Assembly (NCBI GenBank): GCA_046483305.1
Contig: JAWODM010000061.1
Span: 1 to 21,648, forward strand
Source of the DNA: Candidatus Krumholzibacteriales bacterium
GTDB lineage: Bacteria > Krumholzibacteriota > Krumholzibacteriia > Krumholzibacteriales > WJIX01
DNA: 21,648 nucleotides
Direction of reading: 5' to 3'
Both the position numbers and the translations under genes were made by a program. This document shows positions 6,851 to 16,311 of this stretch, in pieces. Numbering within the stretch: position 1 is the stretch's first letter; every line of letters starts with the position of its first letter. Under the pieces are notes generated by a model, which saw only the letters and a program-made list of their open reading frames with translations, made no database searches and was not told where the DNA came from.

Positions 6851-7480
6851 CTACTTCGAATAAAGCTCCACGATTAAACTCTCAGTTACAGGAACAGGGA
6901 TGACATCCCTGGTCGGCTGTTCCAGGTAAACGCCTTCCTTCTTGTCGGCGTCAACCGAAATATAAGGAACCATCTCTCTGTTGCTCTGCTTCTTCAGTGA
7001 TTCCTCGATTATCCCCAGTTTGCTGCTTTTCTTGCAGGGAGCGATTCTGTCGCCCGCCTGAACCTGGTATGACGGTATATTGACCCGTTTCCCGTTCACT
7101 TCGAAGTGGTTATGCATAACAAACTGCCTGGCAGCCGAACGCGAGGGGGCAAAACCCATTCTATAAATAAGGTTGTCAAGCCTGCTCTCCAGAAGCACCA
7201 TAAGGTTTTCACCGGTAACTCCCTTGATATTGTCAGCTTTCTTATAATAATTATGGAACTGCCTCTCCAGGAGCTGATAATATCTCTTCAGCTTCTGCTT
7301 TTCCCGGAGCTGCAGCCGGTAATTGCTTCTGCGGCTGAAACCCCTTCGCCCCCGTTCTCCGGGCGGATAATTCTTCTTTTCTATGGCGCAGCGGTCAGAG
7401 TAGCACCGCTCCCCCTTGAGAAAAAGTTTAGTCTGTTCCCTCCTGCATAACTTGCATTTGGGTCCCGTGTACTTAGCCAT
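6851..7480 (-). CDS. rpsD: 30S ribosomal protein S4 (Cys-containing form)
   Basis: MAKYTGPKCKLCRRE...LREKQK...LESRLDN...LIVELYSK. Confidence 0.99.
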   Translation of the reverse strand: MAKYTGPKCKLCRREQTKLFLKGERCYSDRCAIEKKNYPPGERGRRGFSRRSNYRLQLREKQKLKRYYQLLERQFHNYYKKADNIKGVTGENLMVLLESRLDNLIYRMGFAPSRSAARQFVMHNHFEVNGKRVNIPSYQVQAGDRIAPCKKSSKLGIIEESLKKQSNREMVPYISVDADKKEGVYLEQPTRDVIPVPVTESLIVELYSK

Positions 7481-7564
7481 CTAATTGAACCTCCCTGGCT
7501 TCATTAACTTACTATAAATAAGTGTGTTATTGCTTCAGTCATAATCCCGGCAAGCCGGTGCCCG

Positions 7565-7969
7565 CTACATTCTCCTCTTCTTCTTCAACCGGACTCCGTT
7601 GTGCGGAACCGGAGTGCAGTCTCTGATACCGGTCACCCTTATTCCGGCTGCTCTGAGTGAGCGTATCGCCGGTTCTCTGCCCGGCCCCGGCCCCTTGATC
7701 CACACTTCCACCTTCTTCATACCCCTCTCCTTGATATCGTCGGTGACTTCCCGGGCTGCCTGCTGGGCGGCGAAAGCGGTGCTTTTCCTTGAACCCCTGA
7801 ATCCGAGTTTGCCGGCGCTGCACCAGCTCACCACGTCGCCTTCCTTATTGGTAACCGTTATAATGGTATTGTTGAATGTAGATTTAATATGGGCGATGCC
7901 CTCTACTTCAAGCTTTGTTTTTTTCTTCTTCTTAACTCTTCTCTTCTTGCCCTTCTTAGGTTTGGCCAA
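7565..7969 (-). CDS. rpsK: 30S ribosomal protein S11
   Basis: [15 protein letters not shown]...[13 protein letters not shown]...KGPGPGRE...TPVPHNG; TTG start. Confidence 0.98.
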   Translation of the reverse strand: MAKPKKGKKRRVKKKKKTKLEVEGIAHIKSTFNNTIITVTNKEGDVVSWCSAGKLGFRGSRKSTAFAAQQAAREVTDDIKERGMKKVEVWIKGPGPGREPAIRSLRAAGIRVTGIRDCTPVPHNGVRLKKKRRM

Positions 7970-8002
7970 CTGATTACCTCCTGTGCTATTACAGTATTAT
8001 AT

Positions 8003-8368
8003 TTACTTTTTTGCGCCCGGCCGGAACTTCGGCCCCTTTCTGGTGCGGGCGTTAGTATGAGTCCTCTGCCCCCTGACCGGGAGACGAAGTTTATGTCTCA
8101 GGCCGCGGTATGAACCGATATCCATCAAACGCTTGATATTGCGGGTGGTTTCACTCCTCAGGGCGCCCTCGATGGTATAATCATCCTCGATGATATCCCT
8201 GATTTTAACCATCTGTTCCTCTTTAAGGTCCCTTGTTTTAACATTATGAGGCACTCCGGCCTTGTCCAGTATCTCCCTGGAGCTGGTCTTTCCGATGCCG
8301 TGAATATAGGTCAGTGATATGACCACATGCTTGTTATCCGGTATGTCTACTCCGGCTATTCGAGCCAC
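8003..8368 (-). CDS. rpsM: 30S ribosomal protein S13
   Basis: [10 protein letters not shown]...YRGLRH...[20 protein letters not shown] start. Confidence 0.99.
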   Translation of the reverse strand: MARIAGVDIPDNKHVVISLTYIHGIGKTSSREILDKAGVPHNVKTRDLKEEQMVKIRDIIEDDYTIEGALRSETTRNIKRLMDIGSYRGLRHKLRLPVRGQRTHTNARTRKGPKFRPGAKK

Positions 8369-8407
8369 AGATATTCTCCTTTCACTGATATCCTGCTGCT
8401 GCAGGGA

Positions 8408-8521
8408 TTATCCCTGGCGCTGTTTGTGCTTGGGGTCCCTGCAAATAACCCTTATCACACCTTTGCGCCTGATTACCTTACAGTTCGGACATATTTTCTT
8501 TACTGAGCTTCTGACTTTCAC
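8408..8521 (-). CDS. rpmJ: 50S ribosomal protein L36 (Zn-ribbon form), not in the ORF track
   Basis: Manual translation from [40 protein letters not shown] (37 aa), in its canonical position between infA and rpsM. Confidence 0.98.
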   Translation of the reverse strand: MKVRSSVKKICPNCKVIRRKGVIRVICRDPKHKQRQG

Positions 8522-8578
8522 TTTCTTACCTTCTCTGGTTATTCCGCCGCCCGCCCGGGGCCGGCCGCGAAAATCTCT

Positions 8579-8797
8579 CTATTTATACCGGTAGGTTATC
8601 CTGCCGCGCCCCAGATCGTAGGGGCTGAGTTCAAGCGCCACCTTGTCTCCGGGCAATATCCTGATGAAATTCATTCTCATCTTCCCGGAAACATGAGCGA
8701 GAACCACGTGTTTGTTCTCCAGCTCGACCCTGAACATCGCATTCGGCAGTGCCTCTATCACTTTTCCTTCAGCCGGTATTCCTTTCTGTTTAGCCAT
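8579..8797 (-). CDS. infA: Translation initiation factor IF-1
   Basis: MAKQ...[14 protein letters not shown]...[37 protein letters not shown] at 8797 after GAGG. Confidence 0.99.
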   Translation of the reverse strand: MAKQKGIPAEGKVIEALPNAMFRVELENKHVVLAHVSGKMRMNFIRILPGDKVALELSPYDLGRGRITYRYK

Positions 8798-8842
8798 ACC
8801 TCTTCTTTCCAAACCGGAGCCTTCCGGCCGGCCCGGTAACTG

Positions 8843-9586
8843 TTACCGGGTCAGTATCTCCGGTTCTCCTTCTGTAACTACTACAGTATCTTCAAAATGG
8901 CACGACAGCTTTCCGTCTCCGGTAACCGTCGTCCATCTGTCGTTCCTGGTGACCACATCGCCGGTCCCGGCATTGAGCATCGGCTCGATGGCGAATACCA
9001 TCCCCCTCCTGATTATGGGGCCCTGTCCGGGAGGGCCGAAGTTCGGTATCTGAGGCTCTTCATGCAGCTCCAGTCCGATTCCGTGCCCTACCAGTGATCT
9101 TACCACCTGGTAGCCGTTCGCCTCGGAGTGCTTCTGGATGGCATGGGATATGTCGGAAAGACGATTTCCCTCTCTGGCCATTCCGATACCGATATCCAGA
9201 GCCTCCATGGTGGTCCTGAGCAGATTCCTGGCTTCCTCGCCTACCTCTCCAATGGGGTAACTGCGGGTGGCGTCGGAATAGTAACCACCGAATATCACTC
9301 CCATATCAATCCCCACTATATCGCCCTCTTTGAGCTCTCTGTTACCGGGGATCCCGTGGACTACTTCCTCATTCACCGAGGCGCAGATAGTTGCGGGGTA
9401 ACCCTGGTAACCCTTGAAAGCCGGTTCCCCCCCTCTGAAGAGAATATACTCTTCAGCGATACGGTCCAGCTCAACGGTAGTTACTCCCGGTTCCACCGCC
9501 CTGCTGATCTCGGAGAAGGTATCGTGAAGGATCCGGGCGCTTCTTCTTATCTGCTCTATTTCAAAATCTTTCTTAATCTTTATCAT
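8843..9586 (-). CDS. map: Methionine aminopeptidase type I
   Basis: CASVNEEVVHGIP, D...D metal ligands, GHGIG..LHEEP, AIEPM and HFEDTV. Start overlaps the adk stop (ATGA). Confidence 0.98.
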   Translation of the reverse strand: MIKIKKDFEIEQIRRSARILHDTFSEISRAVEPGVTTVELDRIAEEYILFRGGEPAFKGYQGYPATICASVNEEVVHGIPGNRELKEGDIVGIDMGVIFGGYYSDATRSYPIGEVGEEARNLLRTTMEALDIGIGMAREGNRLSDISHAIQKHSEANGYQVVRSLVGHGIGLELHEEPQIPNFGPPGQGPIIRRGMVFAIEPMLNAGTGDVVTRNDRWTTVTGDGKLSCHFEDTVVVTEGEPEILTR

Positions 9587-10218
9587 TTCATACCTTCAAG
9601 AATACTGGAGGTTATCTCATCAATGTCACCGCCGGCATCGACCCTGAGCAGAAGGCCTTTGCCCCGGTAGTATTCAATCAGAGGCTCCGTCTGCTCGCGG
9701 TATACGTCAAAACGGCGCCTCACCGTTTCCTCCCGGTCATCATCCCTGATGACAAGTTCTCCTCCGCACTCTGTGCAGGCCTGATCCTTCATGGTCTCAA
9801 CATTATATACCGCGCCGCATCCGCTGCATACCCTTCTGCCGGTGATCCTTTTTATCACGGTTTCCGGCGAAACATCCAGGAGTATAACATGATCCAGCTC
9901 AATGCCGTTTTCCTCCAGCATTCCGGAAAGCGCTCTGGCCTGGGGAAGAGTTCTGGGGAATCCATCCAGGATCCATCCAGAATCCCTGGCCTCCTCCAGT
10001 TGCCCTCCGATCATCGACAGGATCAGATCATCAGGTACCAGTTCTCCCCGGTTCATATATTCCTGCGCTTTTCTGCCGAGCCCGGTGCCTTTCGAGACCG
10101 CTTCACGAAGCATGTCTCCGGTTGAAAGGTGGCGCAGGCCCAGCTCCCCGGCTATCCTGGCCGCCTGTGTGCCCTTGCCGGCTCCCGGCGCGCCCAGAAT
10201 TATAAGATTGGTTCCCAT
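9583..10218 (-). CDS. adk: Adenylate kinase with Zn-finger LID
   Basis: GAPGAGKGTQA, HLSTGDMLR, LDGFPRT, and CSGC...CTEC...RDDD. Confidence 0.98.
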   Translation of the reverse strand: MGTNLIILGAPGAGKGTQAARIAGELGLRHLSTGDMLREAVSKGTGLGRKAQEYMNRGELVPDDLILSMIGGQLEEARDSGWILDGFPRTLPQARALSGMLEENGIELDHVILLDVSPETVIKRITGRRVCSGCGAVYNVETMKDQACTECGGELVIRDDDREETVRRRFDVYREQTEPLIEYYRGKGLLLRVDAGGDIDEITSSILEGMK

Positions 10219-10241
10219 CTGTGATCAATCCTCCTGAAAAT

Positions 10242-11549
10242 CTATCTCCTGCCCCGGAGCTTGCCTTTCTTCATAAATCCGTCGTAATGCCTCATCAGCA
10301 GATGAGTCTCTATCTGTTTAAGGGTATCCAGAAGAACACCCACGATAATCAGCACACCGGTTCCACCGAAGTAGAACGGCAAACCTCCCCGCCTCATCAG
10401 AACATCCGGGAGTATCGCAATGAAAGCCAGGAAAATCGCTCCCGGCAGGGTTACTCTGGTCAGAATCCGGTCTATATAATCGCTGGTTCTCTTTCCGGGC
10501 CTGATCCCCGGGATAAACCCGCCGTACTTCTTCATGTTCTCAGCCATATCCGTCGGGTTCAGGATTATGGCAGTGTAAAAATAGGTAAAGAATATAATTA
10601 TCACACCATAAATAGATAGATAGAGCCAGGTCCCCGGAGCGAAGATTGTCCGGATATAATCCAGAGTGCCGCTCCCCTTGAAGAACATGGCTATGGTACT
10701 GGGAAACATCATAATGGAACGCGCGAAGATGATCGGGATAACTCCGGCAGTATTGACCCGCAGAGGGATATACTGAGATGTCCCGCCATAAATCTTGTTT
10801 CCCACAATACGTTTCGCGTACTGGACCGGAATCCTTCTCTGTCCCTGGGTAATAAGAATTACGGCCGCGACCACGCCGACCATTATCAGCAGAAGGAATA
10901 CCAGCCTGAAAGCGGTGATCTGGCCCAGCTTGATAGCCCTCCAGGTATTGAGGAAGTACCCCGGGTAACGGGCGAGAATCCCGATCATAATGATCAGGGA
11001 TATACCGTTGCCGATACCCCGCTCCGAAATCTGTTCACCCAGCCACATGATGAAGATAGTCCCGGCGGTCATGGTTATTACAGTCAGCAGCCGGAAGGTC
11101 GCCGGGGACATGGTCACCACGGAGACGCCGCCCGGCTTCATGCTCAGCAGGAATATCGAAATCCCCATTGCCTGAACAACCGAGAGAAGAACCGTCCCGT
11201 ACCTGGTATACTGGGTAATCTTCTTTCTTCCCTCTTCGCCCTCCTTGGCCAGCTTCTCGAAGTAAGGGATCACTGTCTGCAGAAGCTGCATGATAATCGA
11301 AGCGCTGATGTACGGCATGATTCCCAGGGCGAATATGGTGGCCCTGCTCAGGTTGCCGCCCGCGAACAGGTCGTAGAGAGCGAAAATGGTTCCCTGCTGA
11401 TTCTCGAAAAAGACTTTCAGGGCGAGAGGGTTGACGCCGGGAGCGGTAATATGGCTGCCTACCCGGTACACAACCAGAAGCGCGACAGTAAAAAGTATAC
11501 GCTTTCTCAATTCAGGGATGCTGAACATGTCCTGAAACTTCTTAAACAT
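10242..11549 (-). CDS. secY: Preprotein translocase subunit SecY
   Basis: IFALGIMPYISASII, WLGEQISERGIGNGISLII, AGVIPIIFA, FIPGIRPG and FGGTG.LI.VGV. Confidence 0.99.
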   Translation of the reverse strand: MFKKFQDMFSIPELRKRILFTVALLVVYRVGSHITAPGVNPLALKVFFENQQGTIFALYDLFAGGNLSRATIFALGIMPYISASIIMQLLQTVIPYFEKLAKEGEEGRKKITQYTRYGTVLLSVVQAMGISIFLLSMKPGGVSVVTMSPATFRLLTVITMTAGTIFIMWLGEQISERGIGNGISLIIMIGILARYPGYFLNTWRAIKLGQITAFRLVFLLLIMVGVVAAVILITQGQRRIPVQYAKRIVGNKIYGGTSQYIPLRVNTAGVIPIIFARSIMMFPSTIAMFFKGSGTLDYIRTIFAPGTWLYLSIYGVIIIFFTYFYTAIILNPTDMAENMKKYGGFIPGIRPGKRTSDYIDRILTRVTLPGAIFLAFIAILPDVLMRRGGLPFYFGGTGVLIIVGVLLDTLKQIETHLLMRHYDGFMKKGKLRGRR

Positions 11550-12034
11550 TATCGGCTCTCCTCTTCATTCAGCCCCGGTACTTCTTTCCGGGAGGTAAGG
11601 CTGATCGATCCTCCTGCTTCGTTTATGGCTCTGGCGGCCGATTTGCTGATATGATCCACTTCCACTTCGATCCCCTTGCTGATCTCTCCCCTGCCCAGAA
11701 TCTTTACCGGTCTGGATGCGCTGTCTACCAGGCCCTTCTCTACCAGGGATTCCCTGTTGACCTTTTCTCCCTTTTCAAAATGTGATTCCAACTGATCGAG
11801 ATTCACAATCTGGTAAACCTTCCTGAATATGTTGTTGAAACCTCTCTTGGGAACACGCCTCTGAAGGGGCATCTGCCCTCCCTCAAACCAGGGAGGCACC
11901 CCTCCGCCGGACCTGCAGTTCTGCCCCTTGTCCCCCCGGGTGCATTTGTCTCCTCTTCCCGAGCCGGTACCGCGGCCCAGTCTCTTTCTGTTCCTGACCG
12001 CTCCACGGGGTGGCTTAAGTTCATTTAATTTCAT
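11549..12034 (-). CDS. rplO: 50S ribosomal protein L15
   Basis: RLGRGTGSG...GQ..RSGG...FEGGQMPLQRRVPKRGF...VKILG.G. Stop overlaps the secY start. Confidence 0.98.
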   Translation of the reverse strand: MKLNELKPPRGAVRNRKRLGRGTGSGRGDKCTRGDKGQNCRSGGGVPPWFEGGQMPLQRRVPKRGFNNIFRKVYQIVNLDQLESHFEKGEKVNRESLVEKGLVDSASRPVKILGRGEISKGIEVEVDHISKSAARAINEAGGSISLTSRKEVPGLNEEESR

Positions 12035-12060
12035 ACTTACTGCTCTCCTCGGCTCTGACT

Positions 12061-12345
12061 TTATTCCTGTTTACTTTTTCCTGATTTCTTTCCGGCCTTT
12101 TTCCCTCCGTCAACTACACTTATTCCGCTCGGCGTTCCGGTTTTCTCCGGTATATCCTTTTCGTCTACCTCTTCCCAGCTGACCAGGTGGGAGACCTTAT
12201 TCAGCATCCCCCTCACCGCCGGATTGTCATTCCTGTACACTGTGCTGTAATTCCTGCTGATTCCCAGGGCATCCAGTGTCTTCTTATGCCTTCTCTGCGA
12301 CCCAATTCTGCTTCTTACCTGAGTTATTTTAAGTTTAGTAGTCAT
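12061..12345 (-). CDS. rpmD: 50S ribosomal protein L30 with C-terminal extension
   Basis: LKITQVRSRIG...TLDALG...NPAVRGMLNKVSHLV. ATG at 12345 is preferred; the alternative is 12357. Confidence 0.95.
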   Translation of the reverse strand: MTTKLKITQVRSRIGSQRRHKKTLDALGISRNYSTVYRNDNPAVRGMLNKVSHLVSWEEVDEKDIPEKTGTPSGISVVDGGKKAGKKSGKSKQE

Positions 12346-12381
12346 ACCGTTCCTCATTCTCCTCGCGGATCAAAGTAAGCC

Positions 12382-12957
12382 CTATTCCTCCGGCTGCTTT
12401 TCCGTCTCTTCCTTTTCGCTCTCCTGCATACCGAACAGCTGCTGGACAGTAATGCCTCTTCTCCGGGCTACCTCATCCGCGCTCTTCAGCCTCTTCAACC
12501 CCTCCATGGTCGCCTTGACCATGTTATGAGGATTATTCGAACCCAGCGATTTGGTAAGTATGTTCTCTACTCCCGCAACCTCCAGGACCGACCTGACCCC
12601 TCCTCCCGCGATTACTCCGGTACCCGGGGAGGCAGGTTTAAGAAGAACCCTTGACGCCCCGAAGTGGCCCACCACTCTGAACGGTATGGTTCCGTCCTGA
12701 AGAGGAAGCCTGATCATATTCTTTCTGGCATCATCGAAAGCCTTTCTTATGGCATCCCTTATTTCGTTAGCTTTTCCGAAACCAACGCCTACTTTTCCCA
12801 TCCCGTCACCCGCGGTTACCAGGGCGTTAAAATTGAAATTTCTGCCCCCTTTAACCACCTTGGAAACCCGGTTGATATGGATGGTCTGTTCGATGTACTC
12901 AGATCTGGTATCCTCTGTACGCCTCTTTCCGCCTCTTTTGTCCTCTCTGTTATTCAA
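12382..12957 (-). CDS. rpsE: 30S ribosomal protein S5
   Basis: [16 protein letters not shown]...GKA.E...[15 protein letters not shown]...[13 protein letters not shown] start. Confidence 0.98.
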   Translation of the reverse strand: MNNREDKRGGKRRTEDTRSEYIEQTIHINRVSKVVKGGRNFNFNALVTAGDGMGKVGVGFGKANEIRDAIRKAFDDARKNMIRLPLQDGTIPFRVVGHFGASRVLLKPASPGTGVIAGGGVRSVLEVAGVENILTKSLGSNNPHNMVKATMEGLKRLKSADEVARRRGITVQQLFGMQESEKEETEKQPEE

Positions 12958-12971
12958 CTAACCTACTCCCT

Positions 12972-13403
12972 CTAAAAGTCTAATCCATTTTTTCTGGCTT
13001 CTTCTGCGAAGGCCGCGATCCGGCCGTGATACTTGAATCCGCCCCTGTCAAAAGCCACCTTGCCGATACCCTTTTCCCTGGCCCTTTCCGCCAGCAGTTT
13101 GCCTACCGCTCTGGACCTTTTCATCTTTTTGCTCTCCGGCTTCTTCTCACCATCCCCGCTTCCCTTTCCGGATTTGCCGGAACCCGCAGGAAAAGAGAGT
13201 TTCAGGCTGGAGGCGGCAACCAGGGTTTCCCCCTCGTCATCATTGATGATCTGGGCGTGAATATGGTTCAGGCTGCGGTACACCGAAAGGCGGGGCCTTT
13301 CCCGGGTGCCGTGGACTCTGCGCCTGATCGACATATGCCTTCTGTTTCTGCCCGCTCTCTTTGTTCTATTCTTGTCTTTCACTCTTTTCAACTCCCGCTT
13401 CAA
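12972..13403 (-). CDS. rplR: 50S ribosomal protein L18
   Basis: [20 protein letters not shown]...[12 protein letters not shown]. The true start may be GTG at 13382, which has GGGAG upstream. Confidence 0.97.
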   Translation of the reverse strand: MKRELKRVKDKNRTKRAGRNRRHMSIRRRVHGTRERPRLSVYRSLNHIHAQIINDDEGETLVAASSLKLSFPAGSGKSGKGSGDGEKKPESKKMKRSRAVGKLLAERAREKGIGKVAFDRGGFKYHGRIAAFAEEARKNGLDF

Positions 13404-13453
13404 TATTTCACTTCAAGCAGTTAATAATAAACTCCGTTCTCTGAACCGCCCTG

Positions 13454-14005
13454 TTAAAATCCGGTTCCGACGGCGGCCTTTCCGGCTTTGCGCTTGATAT
13501 ACTCCCCGGCATACCTTATTCCCTTGCCCTTGTACGGCTCCGGGGGGCGAAGCGCTCTTATCTCCGCGGCTATCTCTCCGACCTTCTGTTTATCTGCCCC
13601 GGTGACTTTGAACTTCCTATCCTCAAGCACCTCAATATCCACGTCCGGGGGGATAGGAAAATTAACCGGATGGGAGAAACCAAGATTCAGCTCAAGAGTA
13701 TTGCCCTTTTTCTGAACCTTGTACTCTCTGCCCTCTATCTCCAGCGCCTTCTCAAAACCTCGTGATACCCCCTCCACCATGTTAGATATCAGGCTTCTGG
13801 TCAGCCCGTGTATCGACCGGTGCCTCTTTGATTCAGTCGGCCTCCTGACCGTAATCACATTATCTTCGAGGCTGATAATCATATCTCTGTCAAAAGACTG
13901 CGCCAGCTCGCCTCTGGGCCCTTTCACCCGTACTTCATTCCCCCCGCTGATATCGACTTCAACCTTCGGAGGAACCGGTATCGGTTCTTTTCCTACTCTC
14001 GACAT
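13454..14005 (-). CDS. rplF: 50S ribosomal protein L6
   Basis: MSRVGK.PI...VKGPRGEL...HGLTRSLI.NMV.GV...LGFSHPV...RPPEPYKGKGIRY. Confidence 0.99.
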   Translation of the reverse strand: MSRVGKEPIPVPPKVEVDISGGNEVRVKGPRGELAQSFDRDMIISLEDNVITVRRPTESKRHRSIHGLTRSLISNMVEGVSRGFEKALEIEGREYKVQKKGNTLELNLGFSHPVNFPIPPDVDIEVLEDRKFKVTGADKQKVGEIAAEIRALRPPEPYKGKGIRYAGEYIKRKAGKAAVGTGF

Positions 14006-14068
14006 TTAACTCATAACCTCCACTTTTCCGGGGCCTCTTTATACGAACCCGGCATAATCAATAATTAA

Positions 14069-14461
14069 TTACCATATCTGGCAGATAAGCTCCCCGCCTA
14101 CTCCCATCTTGCGGCATTCCCTGTCCGTCAGCAAACCGCTGGATGTTGATATAATCGCGGTTCCGAAACCACCCATAACACGCGGTATTTCATCCTTGCC
14201 CACATACACTCTGCGGCTGGGCCGGCTCACTCGCTGGATCTTTTCTATGGTGCCTTCGTCACCCGGATATCTGAAATAGATCCTTATAATACCCTGCAGG
14301 CCGTCGTCATAATACTTTATATTACTGATATACCCTTCCCGGTGAAGCACTTTGGCTATTCCGGCCTTCATCTTGGAAGCTGGCACATCAGCATACTCTT
14401 TTTTTCTGTATACCGCGTTTCTTATACGGGTAATCATATCAGCAACAGGATCTGTCATCAT
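14069..14461 (-). CDS. rpsH: 30S ribosomal protein S8
   Basis: TDPVADMITRIRNA...SRPSRRVY...IISTSSG...GGELIC. Confidence 0.99.
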   Translation of the reverse strand: MMTDPVADMITRIRNAVYRKKEYADVPASKMKAGIAKVLHREGYISNIKYYDDGLQGIIRIYFRYPGDEGTIEKIQRVSRPSRRVYVGKDEIPRVMGGFGTAIISTSSGLLTDRECRKMGVGGELICQIW

Positions 14462-14493
14462 TTTCTTTCACCTCGTTTACCGGAAAAGTTCTA

Positions 14494-14679
14494 CTACCAG
14501 CTGGATTTAACCACTCCGGGGATCTTACCCTGGAGGGCCAGCTCACGGAAACAGATACGGCAGATACCGAACTTCCGCAGGTAGCCTCCGGATCTTCCAC
14601 ACCGGCTGCACCTGTTATAAGCGCGGACCTTGAATTTCGGTTCCCTTTTAGCTTTCTCTATTAAACATTTCTTTGCCAC
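14494..14679 (-). CDS. rpsN: 30S ribosomal protein S14, short Zn-binding (type Z) form
   Basis: 61 aa: MAKK...[11 protein letters not shown]...[22 protein letters not shown] start. Confidence 0.98.
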   Translation of the reverse strand: MAKKCLIEKAKREPKFKVRAYNRCSRCGRSGGYLRKFGICRICFRELALQGKIPGVVKSSW

Positions 14680-14698
14680 GAACTAACTCCTCTTTGAA

Positions 14699-15268
14699 TC
14701 ATTCCCGGCGAAGCGGCATTCCCAGCAGCATCACCAGTTCTCTTGCTTCTTCGTCTGTTTTCGCTGTCGTAACTATAGTTATATCCATCCCCGAAAGCTT
14801 TTCAATCTTATCGTAATCCACCTCGGGGAAAATTACCTGCTCCTCAACTCCAAAAGAGTAGTTACCCCTGCCGTCGAACGACCTGGGGTTCAGCCCCCTG
14901 AAATCCTTGATTCTGGGGATAGCCACATTTACCAGGCGGTCGAAGAATTCATACATTCTGCTTCTTCGGAGGGTAACCTTGCACCCTATGGGAAGGCCCT
15001 CCCTGATATTGAACCCGGCCACCGATTTGCGGGCCCTGGTTATCGCGGGCTTCTGGCCGGTTATGGCGGTAAGGTCATTAACCGCTGCCTCCAGAGCTTT
15101 CTTGTCCTCTTTGGCTTCGCCGACCCCCATATTCACAATTATCTTTTTAAGCCTGGGGACCTCCAGGTGATTACTGTACTCAAATTTCTTGGTCAGCTGA
15201 GGAATAGATTTCCTGTACAGCTCTTCGATATTCGTCAAATTCCTTTCAACGTTCATTTTTCCCACCAT
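14699..15268 (-). CDS. rplE: 50S ribosomal protein L5
   Basis: [14 protein letters not shown]...ITGQKP...IGCKVTLR...PRIKDFRG...FDGRGNY...GMDIT. Exact start uncertain. Confidence 0.99.
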   Translation of the reverse strand: MVGKMNVERNLTNIEELYRKSIPQLTKKFEYSNHLEVPRLKKIIVNMGVGEAKEDKKALEAAVNDLTAITGQKPAITRARKSVAGFNIREGLPIGCKVTLRRSRMYEFFDRLVNVAIPRIKDFRGLNPRSFDGRGNYSFGVEEQVIFPEVDYDKIEKLSGMDITIVTTAKTDEEARELVMLLGMPLRRE

Positions 15269-15302
15269 TTCAAAATCTGTTATTTAACTTTTCCTTCTAC
15301 TG

Positions 15303-15623
15303 TTATCCTTCATCATCTATGGTCTCGCCGCAGTTCTTGCACTTTCTGGCGCTGTGCCCGTCTGCCAGTTCCACTCTGGCGGTCTTAACCGCCTCGCCGC
15401 ACTTGGGACAGACCAGCATCACATTGGAAGCGTCTACCGGCGCTTCCTTCTCGATGATCCCTCCCTGATCCTGCTGGCTCCTGGGCCTGGTGTGCCTCTT
15501 GATCATATGGACCTTTTCTACCACTATCCGGTTTCCGGCGGGGTAGACCTTCAGGACTCTGCCTTCAGCGCCCCTGTAATTGCCTGCGATAACCTTTACG
15601 ATGTCATTCTTCTTAATTCTCAT
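15303..15623 (-). CDS. rplX: 50S ribosomal protein L24
   Basis: IKKNDIVKVIAG (KOW motif)...GGIIEKEAP...SNV; C-terminal CPKC...CKNC. Confidence 0.98.
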   Translation of the reverse strand: MRIKKNDIVKVIAGNYRGAEGRVLKVYPAGNRIVVEKVHMIKRHTRPRSQQDQGGIIEKEAPVDASNVMLVCPKCGEAVKTARVELADGHSARKCKNCGETIDDEG

Positions 15624-15640
15624 AATAACAATCCGTTTCT

Positions 15641-16009
15641 TCAGACTACCTCCGGGGCCAGAGAAATGATCTTCATGAATTGTTTTTCTCTCAGTTCTCT
15701 TGCCACAGGCCCGAATATCCTTGTTCCCACAGGTTCCTTCATCTCATTAATAATCACTGCCGCGTTCTGGTCGAACCGGATATAGCTGCCGTCCCTGCGC
15801 CTCACCTCTTTCCTGGTGCGGACTATCACGCAGCGCACCACATCACCTTTTCTGATCTCGCTCCCCGGCAGTGCCACCTTGACCGAAGCACTGATAATAT
15901 CTCCCACCGACGCGTACCTTCTCTTGGAGCTGCCCAGCACCTTCACACACCTTACGCTCTTAGCCCCTGAATTATCAGCAACCGCTAGTTTTGTCTCCAT
16001 CTTAATCAT
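15641..16009 (-). CDS. rplN: 50S ribosomal protein L14
   Basis: VADNSGAK...[15 protein letters not shown]...[13 protein letters not shown]...SLAPEVV. Confidence 0.99.
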   Translation of the reverse strand: MIKMETKLAVADNSGAKSVRCVKVLGSSKRRYASVGDIISASVKVALPGSEIRKGDVVRCVIVRTRKEVRRRDGSYIRFDQNAAVIINEMKEPVGTRIFGPVARELREKQFMKIISLAPEVV

Positions 16010-16021
16010 TACTGTTTTCTC

Positions 16022-16279
16022 CTATTGAGCTTTTTCAATTATCTCAACGACACGCCAGCGCTTAAGTTTGCTCAAAGGCCTTACCGAGGTTACTCTGACC
16101 TTGTCTCCCACGCTGCAGATGCCCTCTTCGTCATGAGCCCAGATCTTCGATCTTTTCTTGATATATTTCTTATACCTCTTATGAAGCAGCTGCCGTTCAA
16201 TGGAAACCGTGACAGTCTTTTCCATCCTGTCACTAACCACCTGGCCAACGAGAGTCATTCTTGGTTTTCTCTCCTCCAT
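16022..16279 (-). CDS. rpsQ: 30S ribosomal protein S17
   Basis: G.VVSDRMEKTVTV...H..Y.K...AHDE...GDKV...RPLSK.KRW. Confidence 0.98.
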   Translation of the reverse strand: MEERKPRMTLVGQVVSDRMEKTVTVSIERQLLHKRYKKYIKKRSKIWAHDEEGICSVGDKVRVTSVRPLSKLKRWRVVEIIEKAQ

Positions 16280-16311
16280 ATTATCTCCTTACAAACACCG
16301 ATACAAACCGG

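Noticed and set aside
7481..7564. AT-rich rpsK-rpsD spacer with minus-strand TATAGT as a possible internal promoter
   Set aside because: No convincing -35 at 16-18 nt and no extended -10, so it cannot be supported from sequence alone.
7539..7823. 94-aa alternate-frame ORF inside rpsK on the same strand
   Set aside because: Almost entirely nested in a conserved gene, with no RBS or domain evidence.
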